Position numbers and translations under genes: made by a program. A stretch of DNA of 64,000 bases from Candidatus Binatia bacterium (GTDB lineage Bacteria; Desulfobacterota; Binatia; HRBIN30), in the NCBI GenBank assembly GCA_038245295.1, contig JBBRSP010000001.1, positions 256,001 to 320,000 of the forward strand. The letters run 5' to 3'. The notes under the pieces are model-generated. The model had not been told where the DNA came from. It did no database searches and was given only the letters and a program-made list of their open reading frames with translations. This document shows positions 19,391 through 29,840 of this stretch, piece by piece (position 1 is the stretch's first letter; each line of letters begins with the position of its first letter).

Positions 19391-20470
19391 ATGATGCGTG
19401 ATATCGAATTGCCACCGACGGGTGCACTGGAAAATGTTGCGACCGCGTTCCCGACGATTTTCAATTGGGAATATAAGCTGCGGCGCGATGATCTGATGCG
19501 CCTGTATGAGAAGGGTAAGACTCTCCAGTGGAATGCCGCCACCGATCTCGATTGGTCGATCGACGTTGATCCGCAACGGGTGCGTGCCGAGAACATCGCG
19601 GCGTTCGAAGCACTCTTGCAGCCGCCTGAGAGCATTGGGGTCGAGGGACACCGCAAGCTCAAGCACCACATGGATGCGTGGACGATCTCGCAATTCATGC
19701 ACGGCGAACAGGGAGCCCTTCTGGCAACGGCGCAGTTGGTCAACACCGTGCCGTGGACGGAAGGCAAGTTTTACGCCGCCAACCAGGTGGCGGACGAGGC
19801 GCGACATGTCGAGGCCTACCGCCGCTATCTAACCGAGAAGATGGGCCTGAGCTTCCCGGTAAATCCGCACCTGCACACACTCCTGCAGCAAATCATCGGC
19901 GAATCGCGATGGGATATGATCTATCTCGGCATGCAGATCATGGTGGAAGGCCTGGCTCTGGCCGCCTTCGGCGTTACCAAGTTCACCCAGCCCGATGAGC
20001 CGCTCATCCAGCAAATCACCAGCTACATCATGCGTGACGAAGCCCGTCATGTCGCGTTCGGGGTTTTGTCGTTACAAGACCTCTACACGAAGGAGATGTC
20101 GTCGACCGAACTGCGCGAACGCGAGGAGTTCGTGATCGAAGCGACTGTCCTGATGCGCGATCGCCTGCTCATGGAGGAAGTCTGGGAGCGAATCGGGCTC
20201 GACGCGAAAGTCTGGATGCCGTGGTCGATGAACACGCCGTTCATGCAGGGCTTCCGACAAATCCTGTTCTCCAAGATCGTCCCGAACTTGAAGCGGCTTG
20301 GGCTGCTGACGCCGCGCGTCCGCAAGAAGTTCGCCGAGCTCGACATCCTCGAATACGAAAGTCTGCCCGATTCGACGCAGGAGGAAGAGACCGCTGTGCC
20401 GCCGGCTCTGCTCAGTTTCTTCTTCAAGCTGCAAGCGGCCGGAGTCAAACTTCCAGGCTTCGGCAACTAA
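19391..20470 (+). CDS. ferritin-like diiron protein (AurF-like oxygenase family)
   Basis: HGEQGAL, DEARH, VEGLAL and a second DEARH; GGAGG SD. Confidence 0.85.
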   Translation: MMRDIELPPTGALENVATAFPTIFNWEYKLRRDDLMRLYEKGKTLQWNAATDLDWSIDVDPQRVRAENIAAFEALLQPPESIGVEGHRKLKHHMDAWTISQFMHGEQGALLATAQLVNTVPWTEGKFYAANQVADEARHVEAYRRYLTEKMGLSFPVNPHLHTLLQQIIGESRWDMIYLGMQIMVEGLALAAFGVTKFTQPDEPLIQQITSYIMRDEARHVAFGVLSLQDLYTKEMSSTELREREEFVIEATVLMRDRLLMEEVWERIGLDAKVWMPWSMNTPFMQGFRQILFSKIVPNLKRLGLLTPRVRKKFAELDILEYESLPDSTQEEETAVPPALLSFFFKLQAAGVKLPGFGN

Positions 20471-20550
20471 CGGTTCAAAAGTCCCGGAAAAGCGCGTTGC
20501 GTAACGGTCCGCCGGCATAGTAGATCGCACAGTTCTACGTGGATGGCTCG

Positions 20551-22755
20551 ATGAACTCAGATTGCGGCGATCGTCGCAGCACCGCGATCGCCGCGCTGCT
20601 TTGCCTCATGTTGTTGGCATCCGCCGCGGCGGCCGAAGTTCGCTTCGTGGCGCCGATCTTCGCGCCGGGGCTGATTTTGCAGCGCGACATGCCGGTGCCC
20701 ATCTGGGGCGCCGCCGACCCGGGCGAGCCGATCACTGTTGCGTTTGCCGGCCAGTCGAAAAGCGTTACCGCCGACAGCGCCGGGCTGTGGCGGGCGATCC
20801 TGGACCCGCTTGCCGCGGGTGGCCCGTTGTTGCTCACGGCGACGGGCCGGACGACAAACGCCAAAGTCGACAACGTTCTGGTCGGCGAGGTTTGGCTGTG
20901 CAGCGGCCAATCCAACATGGTCATTCAGGCCCCGAAGCAGAGTCTCCTCGACCAGCACCCCTTGTTGCATACCTACAGTGCGCGCAACGGATGGCTCATG
21001 CGACCATCGGGGACAGCCTATTGGTTCGGCGTCGCTCTGCAAGAAAAGCTCGGGGTGCCGGTCGCCTTGATCAATGAGGCCGTCAGCAGCACCAGCATTC
21101 GCGGCTGGCTCGGCCCCGATGCGCCGCTGCTCGACCCACGCGTGCGCGATGTGGTCGGCGATATTCCGAGCGGTGGCCGTTATTTCGAAAAGCGCCTGGC
21201 GCCGATTCAAGGATTCGCCATGCGTGGCACGATCTGGTGGCAGGGCGAAGCCGACACGGCGCGCCCGGGGCATTATCTCTTTCTGCTACCGGCGCTGATT
21301 CAGTCGTGGCGCGACGCCTGGGGGCAGGGCGCCTTCCCGTTCATCTTTCTGCAGCTGCCCACCGGTGGAGGCATGAAGCTCAACGAGACTCCCACGGCCT
21401 TACCCGGTAGTGTGCCGTTGTACGATCTCTTCCCGCAGATGCGCGACACCTATACCCAGGCGCTCAGCCTGCCGCAGACCGGGATGATCATCACGCTTGA
21501 TCTCGCCGGCAGCAAACATCCGCGCGATAAGGAGAGTTACGGACGGCGGTTCGGGCAGGTGGCCTTGGGGATGTCCTATGGACAACCTGGGCCATCCTCC
21601 GGGCCCATCTTCGAATCCAAAGCACGCGAGGGAATCGGGATCCGCCTGCGTTACCGCGAGCGCACCGCAACCGGATTGACGGCCCAGGGGGGGCCACTCC
21701 AGGGCTTTGCTTTGGCTGGTCTGGACGGGCAGTGGCAATGGGCCAGCGCCGAGATTCAGGGCGAGGAAGTTGTCGTGTCGAGCGCTGCTGTGCCCGAGCC
21801 GTATTCGGTTCGTTACGCCTGGGGTGATCGTCCGTTATGGGCCAATCTGTTCAATGCTTTGGGCCAATCGGCGGCGCCATTTTCGACGGACTTCGCCTCA
21901 CCGACCCCGAGCCCGACAAGCACGCCGACGCTGAGCCCGACGATCACACCGACGGTGACGGTGACGTCAACGCCGAGTCTGCCCCCGACCCTGACGATGA
22001 CTCCATCGCGCACGCCGACGGTCACTTCGACGGCGACGATCACAGCTACCGTTACATTGACCTGGACGGCGTCTCTTACCCCGCGTGTCAGCTACACCCC
22101 GACCGCGACGCCAACGATCACGCTGACTCCAACGATAACGGGAACCGGCACACCCACCGTGACGAACACCGCCACCCCAACGACGACTCCGACCGAAACA
22201 CCCTCGCCCAGCGTGACGCCAACCCCGCCCCCAACCCCGGTGTGTATGGGCGGCGGACGTCTCCAGAACGTAAAGCTCAAGATTCTACGCAACCGCGACC
22301 CCGGCGGTGACGAGGGGATCCGCTTGAGTGGGACGCTCATGGTCGAGGCGGACTCGGTCGATCCGTCCATCGAGGGCCTTACCATTCACGCCAACGATCC
22401 CGGTGGTCACATATTGTTCCGCTACTACATTCCCGGTGGCGCGAACTGGCGCACGGCGGGCAACCGCACTCGTTCGTGGTGGTTGTACAAAGACCTCAGT
22501 GCCGGCGTTGCGGGTATTCGTAAACTTACGGTCTTCAATGCCGCGGCCGAGCCTGGTGTATACAAGTTCTGGCTGTCGGCCGACAAAGCGGCGTATCAAG
22601 TTCCCTACGCCAGTCTGCCGAGCGAGCTCACCATTGTGCTCGGATCCCTGGAAATGGTCAGCGGGCGCTGTGCCAGTGCCGTTCTTTCGCCGTTCGGCGG
22701 TCCGGCGCCGGCGTGCAAGACCGCTGTAAACGGATCACTGCTCGCCTGCCGCTAG
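20551..22755 (+). CDS. secreted SGNH sialate O-acetylesterase-like protein with Thr/Pro linker and C-terminal domain
   Basis: signal peptide, GEVWLCSGQSNM, WWQGEAD, KHPRDK, VRYAW; TP-rich stretch at about 21895-22240. Confidence 0.85.
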   Translation: MNSDCGDRRSTAIAALLCLMLLASAAAAEVRFVAPIFAPGLILQRDMPVPIWGAADPGEPITVAFAGQSKSVTADSAGLWRAILDPLAAGGPLLLTATGRTTNAKVDNVLVGEVWLCSGQSNMVIQAPKQSLLDQHPLLHTYSARNGWLMRPSGTAYWFGVALQEKLGVPVALINEAVSSTSIRGWLGPDAPLLDPRVRDVVGDIPSGGRYFEKRLAPIQGFAMRGTIWWQGEADTARPGHYLFLLPALIQSWRDAWGQGAFPFIFLQLPTGGGMKLNETPTALPGSVPLYDLFPQMRDTYTQALSLPQTGMIITLDLAGSKHPRDKESYGRRFGQVALGMSYGQPGPSSGPIFESKAREGIGIRLRYRERTATGLTAQGGPLQGFALAGLDGQWQWASAEIQGEEVVVSSAAVPEPYSVRYAWGDRPLWANLFNALGQSAAPFSTDFASPTPSPTSTPTLSPTITPTVTVTSTPSLPPTLTMTPSRTPTVTSTATITATVTLTWTASLTPRVSYTPTATPTITLTPTITGTGTPTVTNTATPTTTPTETPSPSVTPTPPPTPVCMGGGRLQNVKLKILRNRDPGGDEGIRLSGTLMVEADSVDPSIEGLTIHANDPGGHILFRYYIPGGANWRTAGNRTRSWWLYKDLSAGVAGIRKLTVFNAAAEPGVYKFWLSADKAAYQVPYASLPSELTIVLGSLEMVSGRCASAVLSPFGGPAPACKTAVNGSLLACR

Positions 22756-22815
22756 TCGATTTTCGGTGCCCAGGAAGGACTCCGGCGAGACCAGGGGGAA
22801 TGCAACGGCTTTGTC

Positions 22816-23430
22816 CTACCGCAGCAGTATCGCCAAGGCAGGATCCGCATCCGGCCGCGCCAGTAGGCGATCCAACTCGCGCCGCTCTCGGGGTGTCGGG
22901 CCGTGCCCGTCTCGGACCAGCCGGTTGAAGGTCATCGCACAGTCGTAACGCAGCGCCGTCATCGGGCTTGTCAGGCAGGGCATCAGGGCTGCCCGCACAG
23001 CGTCCGGCCGCGCCGCTTCCGATTGAGCCAGTGCGTGTCGCAAGCTCTGGATGAGCCGCCGCAGGGATGCCGCTTGCGTCGTGTCGGTCAAAAAGACGAC
23101 GCCGCGCGGCATGAGGTTCTGCAGTGCCGCGGCGCGCGACAGGAACAATACGTGGATCTCGCCACGTGCCAGATTGCCATTCGCCGCGATCGCTGTTCGG
23201 TCGATCGCGGTGCCGGAGAGGATGGCGAGCGGTTCGATCGTTGCCGTGTCGTCGTTGGCTAGCTCGAGGATCTTGGCGACGACCACCACGTCGGCACGTT
23301 CGCACAACTCGAGCAGCTGACCGTGTACCATTTCGACGTGCGCCAACGCCGGGCGGAGGCCGAGAACCAGAGTTAGAATGAGTGCCGCGATGCGAATCGG
23401 TGTTATCTCTAGAACCCGACTCGCTGGCAC
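22816..23430 (-). CDS. hypothetical exported protein
   Basis: signal-like IAALILTLVLGLRPALA; GTG start overlapping the upstream stop is uncertain. Confidence 0.6.
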   Translation of the reverse strand: MPASRVLEITPIRIAALILTLVLGLRPALAHVEMVHGQLLELCERADVVVVAKILELANDDTATIEPLAILSGTAIDRTAIAANGNLARGEIHVLFLSRAAALQNLMPRGVVFLTDTTQAASLRRLIQSLRHALAQSEAARPDAVRAALMPCLTSPMTALRYDCAMTFNRLVRDGHGPTPRERRELDRLLARPDADPALAILLR

Positions 23431-25148
23431 GCACCATTGGCGGCCGCATCCGCATCTTTGCCGAGCAGCTTCAGGGAATGGCAATTGACGCTGGCAGCCA
23501 CGTTCAGGCCCAACGACAAACTTTCATGATAATGGCTCGGACTGGTTCGGCCCGGGTGGCTCTCGTCGTAGGCGTGGCCCTTGCACACGTCGGTTGCCTC
23601 CTCGTCGATCGATGGCGGCGCATAAAAATCATATCCTGGAACGATGTAGCCGAGCTCGTCGGGAGACAGGCCGAGGAAGAGTTTGTATTTGGCCGACATC
23701 GCATCGGCGATCGCCGGCTCATGTGCGGCGCCGGTGTCGGCGGCGGGGCAGTCGGTACGCTTGTTCCGGCTGATTCCGTAGACGAGCTCGGGGAAGATCT
23801 CGCCTGGGATGGTCAGCAGTTGCACCAGCGGTTTGCCGGCGCGGTCCTTCAAGGTCAGGAGGTGTTGATCGACCGGTGCGCAGAGGGCCGTACCGGCGGG
23901 ACAATGGCTGACATCGAATGCGCTCATGTCGAGATCGAGCAGGCCGATCTGGTTGGCAAACGCGAACAGGTCGTTACTGCCGGGGATGTAGTACGAGTCG
24001 GTCTTGACCTCGACATCGGCGACATCCAGATGATCGCCCTTGGCGAGTGCGCGCAGCACGGCGTCACCCACGAGGTTACCGATCTGTCCGGTGCGGGCGT
24101 AACCGACGGTGTCGCGGGTATCGAACTCGTTGGTGCCGTCAGCGCGCTTGTCGGCGTTGCCGACACAGGTGTCGCCGACAATTTCTGCGGCGCCGAGATC
24201 ACCGGAAAAGTACACTGCCGTGCCGCCGAGCGACTGCTCGACACGTTGCCGAATGAAGTGCGGGAAGTCGGACGAGATCATCTCGTTCTTGCTTTCGAGT
24301 GACTCGGGATGCGTTGCCCAGTTGATCAGCGTCGCCACGGTGGCGCCGTCGTTGCCGACGAATTGTAAAGCTCGCAATTCCTCGTCGAAAAACCACGGTG
24401 GTCGGCAGCCGGTGCGCACCTGCAGGCCCAGTAGTGTCGGGTCGCTGTGCGGGTTCGAGCTGGCAGCGATCACATTGACCGTCTTCATGTTGGCGGCGGC
24501 GCCGGCCTGATTGATGGCCCTCGCCACCATCTTGTCGATGAACTGAAGATAACGCGGAAACTTGCCGTCATCGAACTGTGTCGGGCCCCACAGGCCGAGA
24601 GCGTCCGGGCTCTGGTGATCGTGTGTGCTGCTGTAGAGGATGGCGTCGAGCTTCAAAGCCGGATCAACCATCGCCTCGGCGTGTGCGAAACCGTAGTAGG
24701 CGCCGCGCTTGACCTCGCCGACACTGTCGACGCTGACCAGGGCGATCTTCTTGTGAGGGCCCTGAATGACCAGCGCGCGCGCCCATAGATCATCAAGGAT
24801 GCCCTTGGCGATTCGGTTCTCGCCGAAGCCCGCCATGTAGATGCCGTTGTATTTGTTGCCGCTGCTGTGATCGAGCTCGCCGTTGAATGGATCATCGACG
24901 AAGTGTTCGCCGCGATCGTAGCGACCGTTGCCGTTGTCGTCGGTAAACTCTTCGCCCCAGATGCCCGAGACGGTGACGGCGCCACCCCAATCAGGGTTCT
25001 GGCCGTAAGGTGTGATCTTGATTGCGGCAACGCCGATCGAGATGGGTGAAGCGGCGGTAGCCGAGGTGGTTTCACCGTCATCGCCGCAGGCGGCGACGAA
25101 CACTCCGATGGCCAGCAGCACGAAGCACAGACGAATCGAATGAATCAT
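23409..25148 (-). CDS. neutral/alkaline ceramidase-like lipoprotein
   Basis: lipobox VAAC, DDLWARALVI, STHDHQSPD, NWATHPE, PGEIFPE, DELGYI. Confidence 0.75.
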   Translation of the reverse strand: MIHSIRLCFVLLAIGVFVAACGDDGETTSATAASPISIGVAAIKITPYGQNPDWGGAVTVSGIWGEEFTDDNGNGRYDRGEHFVDDPFNGELDHSSGNKYNGIYMAGFGENRIAKGILDDLWARALVIQGPHKKIALVSVDSVGEVKRGAYYGFAHAEAMVDPALKLDAILYSSTHDHQSPDALGLWGPTQFDDGKFPRYLQFIDKMVARAINQAGAAANMKTVNVIAASSNPHSDPTLLGLQVRTGCRPPWFFDEELRALQFVGNDGATVATLINWATHPESLESKNEMISSDFPHFIRQRVEQSLGGTAVYFSGDLGAAEIVGDTCVGNADKRADGTNEFDTRDTVGYARTGQIGNLVGDAVLRALAKGDHLDVADVEVKTDSYYIPGSNDLFAFANQIGLLDLDMSAFDVSHCPAGTALCAPVDQHLLTLKDRAGKPLVQLLTIPGEIFPELVYGISRNKRTDCPAADTGAAHEPAIADAMSAKYKLFLGLSPDELGYIVPGYDFYAPPSIDEEATDVCKGHAYDESHPGRTSPSHYHESLSLGLNVAASVNCHSLKLLGKDADAAANGACQRVGF

Positions 25149-25195
25149 ACTCGACGGCTTACAAAGATGAGCCGTCGATTGTCAACGTCGACGGC

Positions 25196-25399
25196 CTAAA
25201 GGCGTCTCGGCGCGCCGGGGCGATTGACGAAAACCCAGCGCAAATAGAAGCCAAGTGCGGCGGCCAAGCCAGCGAGCAGGAAGGCTTCCAATGCCCGTCC
25301 TGCATCCGCACCCGCGGCGCGCCATTCGTGCAGCGACAGCAAGGCGAAGAACACGATGGCGATCGAGATAAGGATCTTGTGCGCGGTGAGTAGGCTCAC
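25196..25399 (-). CDS. small 2-TM hypothetical protein (67 aa)
   Basis: GTG start; two hydrophobic segments. Confidence 0.55.
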   Translation of the reverse strand: MSLLTAHKILISIAIVFFALLSLHEWRAAGADAGRALEAFLLAGLAAALGFYLRWVFVNRPGAPRRL

Positions 25400-25508
25400 G
25401 ATTGCCGATCTACACCAGTTCCGGACGGGCAGGAAGTCTTTGATCGCGGTCTCCGCATCACCTCGGCGCATTGACTCCGTCGGCGCGCCGAACCATGTTC
25501 TCGAACTT

Positions 25509-25892
25509 ATGCCGGGAGACTGCAATCGCTGTGGGGCGTGTTGCCGTGTGCTGACGGTTGACCAATCACCGGAAGAGATCGCCGCCATCGCCGCCGTTAC
25601 CGGCGTGCTTGGCATTCCCTCCGATATGGCCTTTGCGGCCGTCCATTGGCATCCGCTGACGCGCCAGGAGGCAATGCAACGCAATCCCCTCTACGTGCGT
25701 AGTCTGGCCGAGTCAGCGCACCTGTACTGGTGTGATCAACTCGGCGCCGACGGGCTTTGCCAGAGCCACGAGACGCGACCAACCGTGTGCCGCGGCTACC
25801 CGTGGTACGATCGGCCGGTTCGCAATATGCCACTCCCCGATCCCGACTGCGGCTATCTCGTTGATCAACTCGAGGGATTTAAAACGCCTTAG
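25509..25892 (+). CDS. YkgJ/CxxCxxCC cysteine-cluster protein
   Basis: CNRCGACC, C-x6-LC, RPTVCRGYP, CGY. Confidence 0.8.
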   Translation: MPGDCNRCGACCRVLTVDQSPEEIAAIAAVTGVLGIPSDMAFAAVHWHPLTRQEAMQRNPLYVRSLAESAHLYWCDQLGADGLCQSHETRPTVCRGYPWYDRPVRNMPLPDPDCGYLVDQLEGFKTP

Positions 25893-25893
25893 G

Positions 25894-25964
25894 CATCTGG
25901 CCATTTCGCCATTTGGCCATCTCGTCATCTCGTCATCTCGTCATACGTCATCTGGCCATCTCGC
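25894..25964. repeat. octamer tandem array, 9 units of about CAT(C/T)T(G/C)G(C/T)
   Basis: CATCTGGC CATTTCGC CATTTGGC (CATCTCGT)x3 CATACGT CATCTGGC CATCTCGC. Confidence 0.9.
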
Positions 25965-26051
25965 CCACCAGCTTGGCGTGGTTGCGGCGATAACTAAAGT
26001 CGGGTGCGCTGACGCTGCGCCGCCGCCTTCCAGCCGGGTGTACTCCCTTGA

Positions 26052-27407
26052 TCAGAACGCCAAGGCGCTGGCTTGCGCCGCGCGCAGCTCGTCGAACATC
26101 CGACGACAGCGGCTTTCGTCGGGTGGCGACAAGGGGTCGGCGCGCAAGGCTTCCCAGGCCGGCTCTGGATTGCCCGTGAGCGCTGCCTCGACGACGAGAT
26201 TCTGGATCTCCACTTGCGTCGCCATGAACTCGGCGAGCGGCTGATCGATCGCCGGCACCACCTCGGGCTCGAGGGTGCTTTTGCCCGTCCATGCGGGGAT
26301 CTCGACGACGGCGCCATCCGGCAAGTTCGGCACGTAGCCGCGATTCGGGACGTTGACTGCATCGACGTAGACGCGCTCACCGCTGTGCAGTGCCTCGATG
26401 ATCGGGAAGGCTTGCTCTCCAGAGCGACCCAGCCGGTGCAGCGGCAGGAACGAGCGTCCCGAGCCGTACGCTGTGGCGATCTTGTCGACACGCCCACACA
26501 GGCGCTGATGGAAATCGACAGGCACCGGATGCCAGCCGGCGACCTCCTCTGCAAACGGGACGTATTCGCCGATGTGACTGTCGACCGAAGTCGGCAGGCG
26601 GTCGTACTTCCGAAACATGTGGGCGACCAACGGCGCGTGCAGCTGCTCGACGGCAAGACCCAGCCATGGCACGTCGACGAGGGCTTTCGCGATTCGGGTA
26701 ACCGCCGGTGGGTATTGGAAGTAGCGCCGCTTCCACAATTCTCGGATACGCGGGTAGAGGTCCTCGTCGCTGTCGGCGTGGCGGATATCGTAGAAAAATG
26801 TGAAGTGATTGATGCCGGAAGCCTTCGCGTGGATCTTGCGCGGCGCGATGCGCAACAGCAGGCCGAGCCGGATGATGCCGCCGCCGAACTCGTGGCACAG
26901 CCCGACGTTGCGAATCTTGGTGGCTTGGTTGATCGCCAGAGTGACGCGGCTCATCGGATTCGTCAGGTTGATGAGGTAGGTTTCGGGGCAGTAACGCGCG
27001 ATATTGTCGCAGATCTCCAGGCAGGTTTTGATCGAACGCAGCGAGTGGAAGACCGCGCCGGGACCGCCGTTCTCGCCATTGATCTGCGTTGCGCCGTACT
27101 TGCGAGGGATCTCGTAGTCCTGCTTCCAATACTGGAAACGTCCTACCTCGGTGCTCATGAGACAAAAATCGGCGCCGTCCAATGCGGCCGCCGGATCGAG
27201 TGTGCGCTCGATGCGAATTGGATTGCCGTGTTTCTCGTTGAGCCGCCGCGCCAGGTTGTAGACGACCTCGAGCTTCTCGGCGTTGATGTCGTGCAACATC
27301 ATGAGCGCGCCGCGGAGTTTAGGGCTGTTGATTGCGTCGAGCACCATGACCGGCCCGAAGGACATGCCACCGGCGCCGATCAACGTAATCTTGGGGTGGT
27401 TCTGCAT
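26052..27407 (-). CDS. family 4 glycoside hydrolase (NAD+-dependent alpha-galactosidase/glucosidase)
   Basis: KITLIGAGG, GENGGPG, NLTNPM, GLCH, GINHF, NLPDGAVVEIP. Confidence 0.9.
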   Translation of the reverse strand: MQNHPKITLIGAGGMSFGPVMVLDAINSPKLRGALMMLHDINAEKLEVVYNLARRLNEKHGNPIRIERTLDPAAALDGADFCLMSTEVGRFQYWKQDYEIPRKYGATQINGENGGPGAVFHSLRSIKTCLEICDNIARYCPETYLINLTNPMSRVTLAINQATKIRNVGLCHEFGGGIIRLGLLLRIAPRKIHAKASGINHFTFFYDIRHADSDEDLYPRIRELWKRRYFQYPPAVTRIAKALVDVPWLGLAVEQLHAPLVAHMFRKYDRLPTSVDSHIGEYVPFAEEVAGWHPVPVDFHQRLCGRVDKIATAYGSGRSFLPLHRLGRSGEQAFPIIEALHSGERVYVDAVNVPNRGYVPNLPDGAVVEIPAWTGKSTLEPEVVPAIDQPLAEFMATQVEIQNLVVEAALTGNPEPAWEALRADPLSPPDESRCRRMFDELRAAQASALAF

Positions 27408-27559
27408 GGCGCGTTGCTTCTTGCATGCTGCCCCTTGGTGAGCAACCGACGTGCAATACTCCGCTACTTCATCGGCGCGGCTTCGTGCGGGGCAAGAGAA
27501 CGCTCACGGCGCGATGCAAAATCGGATATTCGAACCAGTGGCTCCACCCACCGTGGGAT

Positions 27560-28252
27560 TCAACGCTCGAGCAGCCGCCGCATCAGCACGAGATGGCCCA
27601 GGAGGGCGGCTGGCACGAGCACGCAGGGCAACCAGATATAGGGGAAGTGAGTGATCCACGTGTTGAGCTGTTGCGGTCCGGTGCCGAAGGCGTGAAACGG
27701 CGGCAGTGATGCGATGGCGATGACGACGACGTTCAGGAACAGACCGAGCCCGACGATGTTCCACAAACATACGAGCCGACGGTGTGGCTCGCCATCGAGG
27801 AGCAGGATGGCCAAAGGTAGCGCCGTGAGGCCGCTGACGACATCGAAGTTGTATCCGTGAAAAGACATTTGCACGGGCATGAGTCCGGCGTCGGCAGCAG
27901 CGCTCATCAGTAATTCGAGTGGCAGTCGAAAGGCCTGGAAGCCTACCAGGATCCATAGGGGCAGGCCGTGGGCCAGGCGCCAACCGAAGCTTGACAAGCC
28001 AAGCACGGTTGCCAGGACGACGCCGAAAGGAACCAGCAACAGGAGTGGGGGAGGGCGCAGGTCCCAACGCTGCAGCCATGGCGTTTGTGTTGCGCCGGCC
28101 GTGAGGAACAACCAAAGGATCAGCAGGGCGCCACCGGTAGCCAGAGGTCGCCGGTCGTCGTCACCGAAGAAGAGTTGCGCGCGCGCCTCGCCGACGACCA
28201 ACAGGCTGCTGACAACGATCGCCAGAACTCCCATGCCGTAGGCGACCAACAT
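27560..28252 (-). CDS. hypothetical integral membrane protein
   Basis: multiple TM segments; QAFRLPLE, GYNFDV and FPYIWLP patches. Confidence 0.75.
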   Translation of the reverse strand: MLVAYGMGVLAIVVSSLLVVGEARAQLFFGDDDRRPLATGGALLILWLFLTAGATQTPWLQRWDLRPPPLLLLVPFGVVLATVLGLSSFGWRLAHGLPLWILVGFQAFRLPLELLMSAAADAGLMPVQMSFHGYNFDVVSGLTALPLAILLLDGEPHRRLVCLWNIVGLGLFLNVVVIAIASLPPFHAFGTGPQQLNTWITHFPYIWLPCVLVPAALLGHLVLMRRLLER

Positions 28253-28329
28253 GCGCCTGTTGCCTCGCCTGTTCTCCGGCGCGGGTCAAGCGGTTCCCCC
28301 GCCTGCCGCGGTCGTGATACACGCCGCGT

Positions 28330-29643
28330 GTGGCGAGCATCCTGGTGATTGGTGGCGGCATCGCCGGCTTGAGTTGTGCGTGGCGTCTGCAGCAACGGGG
28401 CTATCAGGTCACGGTCCTCGAACGCGAGGTCGCGGCCGGAGGGCGCATGCGCAGCGAAACGCGCGGGCCTTTTGTCATCGATCGCGGCGCACAGTTCATC
28501 GCCTCCGCCTACAAGAACATGCAGGCCCTTGCGGCGGAAGTTGGGTTAGCCGACCAGATCCGTCCGCTGGCGCGCCCGAAGAATGCCGTACTGCGCAAAG
28601 GGCGTTTGGAGAGCGGCGACTACGATCGGCCCGAAGTTCTGCTGCGATCGCGTGCCGTCAGCCTGCTGACCAAACTTCGCCTACCGCGCCTGCCATTCGA
28701 GTTGTGGCGCCATCGTGCCGTGCTGGACCCGTATCATCCGGAGCGTGCTGCCGGACTCGACCGCGAGGACATGGCGACCTACGTGCGTCGAATCCTCGGC
28801 GATGAAGCCCTCGAATACCTCCTTGGCCCGGCCATCTCGTCGACGTTCGACAGCGATCCCGAGGACCTCTCCGGCGTCTTCTTGATGCTCACGGCGACCT
28901 TCGCGATGCGCGGTTTTCGTCTGCAGTCGTTCGTTGGCGGAACCGGGCGACTCACGGCGCATCTGGCGGCGCGGCTCGACGTGCGTGTCGGCTGTGAGGT
29001 GAAGGAACTGCGTACCGATGCCAAGGGAGTGGTGGCGTCGATGGTTACCCTGGAGGGGCCGCAGACGATTGCCGCCGATGCCGCAGTCGTGGCTTTGCCC
29101 GGTTCGTGCGTCAGCGGCGTTTGCGCGACTCTTACCGCCGAGGAGCAGGCTTTCTTCGCCAGCGTTCGATACGTGCGCGGCATCATTGTCTTTCTCATGC
29201 TGGCGGACGCCCCCGCGGCACTCGACTACTATGGCATCGCCTTCCCGCGCTGCGAAGGGCTCGATCTCTACGGCATGGCCGTCGATCATCACAAGGAAGG
29301 TGTGGCGCCGCCGGGCATGGCACTGCTGAACGTCGCGCTCACGGCAAAGACAGCCCAGCGGATGGTGGAGTCTACCGACGACGAGATCATCGCTCTGGTA
29401 TTGGACAACTTAGCTCGCACGCCGATCGGACGTCTGACGCCGATCGATGCGGTCGTCCACCGCTGGGATCCGATGCTGCCGCAATTCTACGCCGGGTATA
29501 CCCAACAACTTGCCGGGTTCGCGACACGCCACGAGCGCTCACCTCGCGCGGCCTTTGCCGGCGATTATCTTATCGGTCCTTACACGGAGATGGCCCTGAC
29601 CAGCGGCCTTCGCGCCGCCGAAGAGATCGAGGATACCATCTAA
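28330..29643 (+). CDS. FAD-dependent oxidoreductase (amine oxidase/protoporphyrinogen oxidase-like)
   Basis: VIGGGIAGLSCA, GGRMRS, DRGAQF, FAGDY. Confidence 0.88.
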   Translation: MASILVIGGGIAGLSCAWRLQQRGYQVTVLEREVAAGGRMRSETRGPFVIDRGAQFIASAYKNMQALAAEVGLADQIRPLARPKNAVLRKGRLESGDYDRPEVLLRSRAVSLLTKLRLPRLPFELWRHRAVLDPYHPERAAGLDREDMATYVRRILGDEALEYLLGPAISSTFDSDPEDLSGVFLMLTATFAMRGFRLQSFVGGTGRLTAHLAARLDVRVGCEVKELRTDAKGVVASMVTLEGPQTIAADAAVVALPGSCVSGVCATLTAEEQAFFASVRYVRGIIVFLMLADAPAALDYYGIAFPRCEGLDLYGMAVDHHKEGVAPPGMALLNVALTAKTAQRMVESTDDEIIALVLDNLARTPIGRLTPIDAVVHRWDPMLPQFYAGYTQQLAGFATRHERSPRAAFAGDYLIGPYTEMALTSGLRAAEEIEDTI

Positions 29644-29840
29644 GTTCGGCCGGGTGTGTTGAGAAACCCCTTATAATTCAAGGTGGCTTCTGGGAAAGTG
29701 CCGAAAAACGTTGAGTTTAGGTGGCTAGGTGGGGTCATCCCGACCCGTGATCGCGTCTCCTGGGGCTTCCTAGCGCGTCGTTTTGCGTTGGGGCTGGCGC
29801 TCGGGACGGCTCAGAATTGCGACAACGCATGCGCTGCGCC

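Noticed and set aside
21895..22240. Thr/Pro-rich stretch as a DNA repeat element
   Set aside because: Low-complexity protein linker with varied codons, not a nucleotide-level repeat
25894..25964. Octamer arrays as CRISPR
   Set aside because: Units are 8 bp with no unique spacers, and there are no cas genes
28330..29643. Calling the FAD oxidoreductase hemY
   Set aside because: Only superfamily-level motifs and no hem genes nearby
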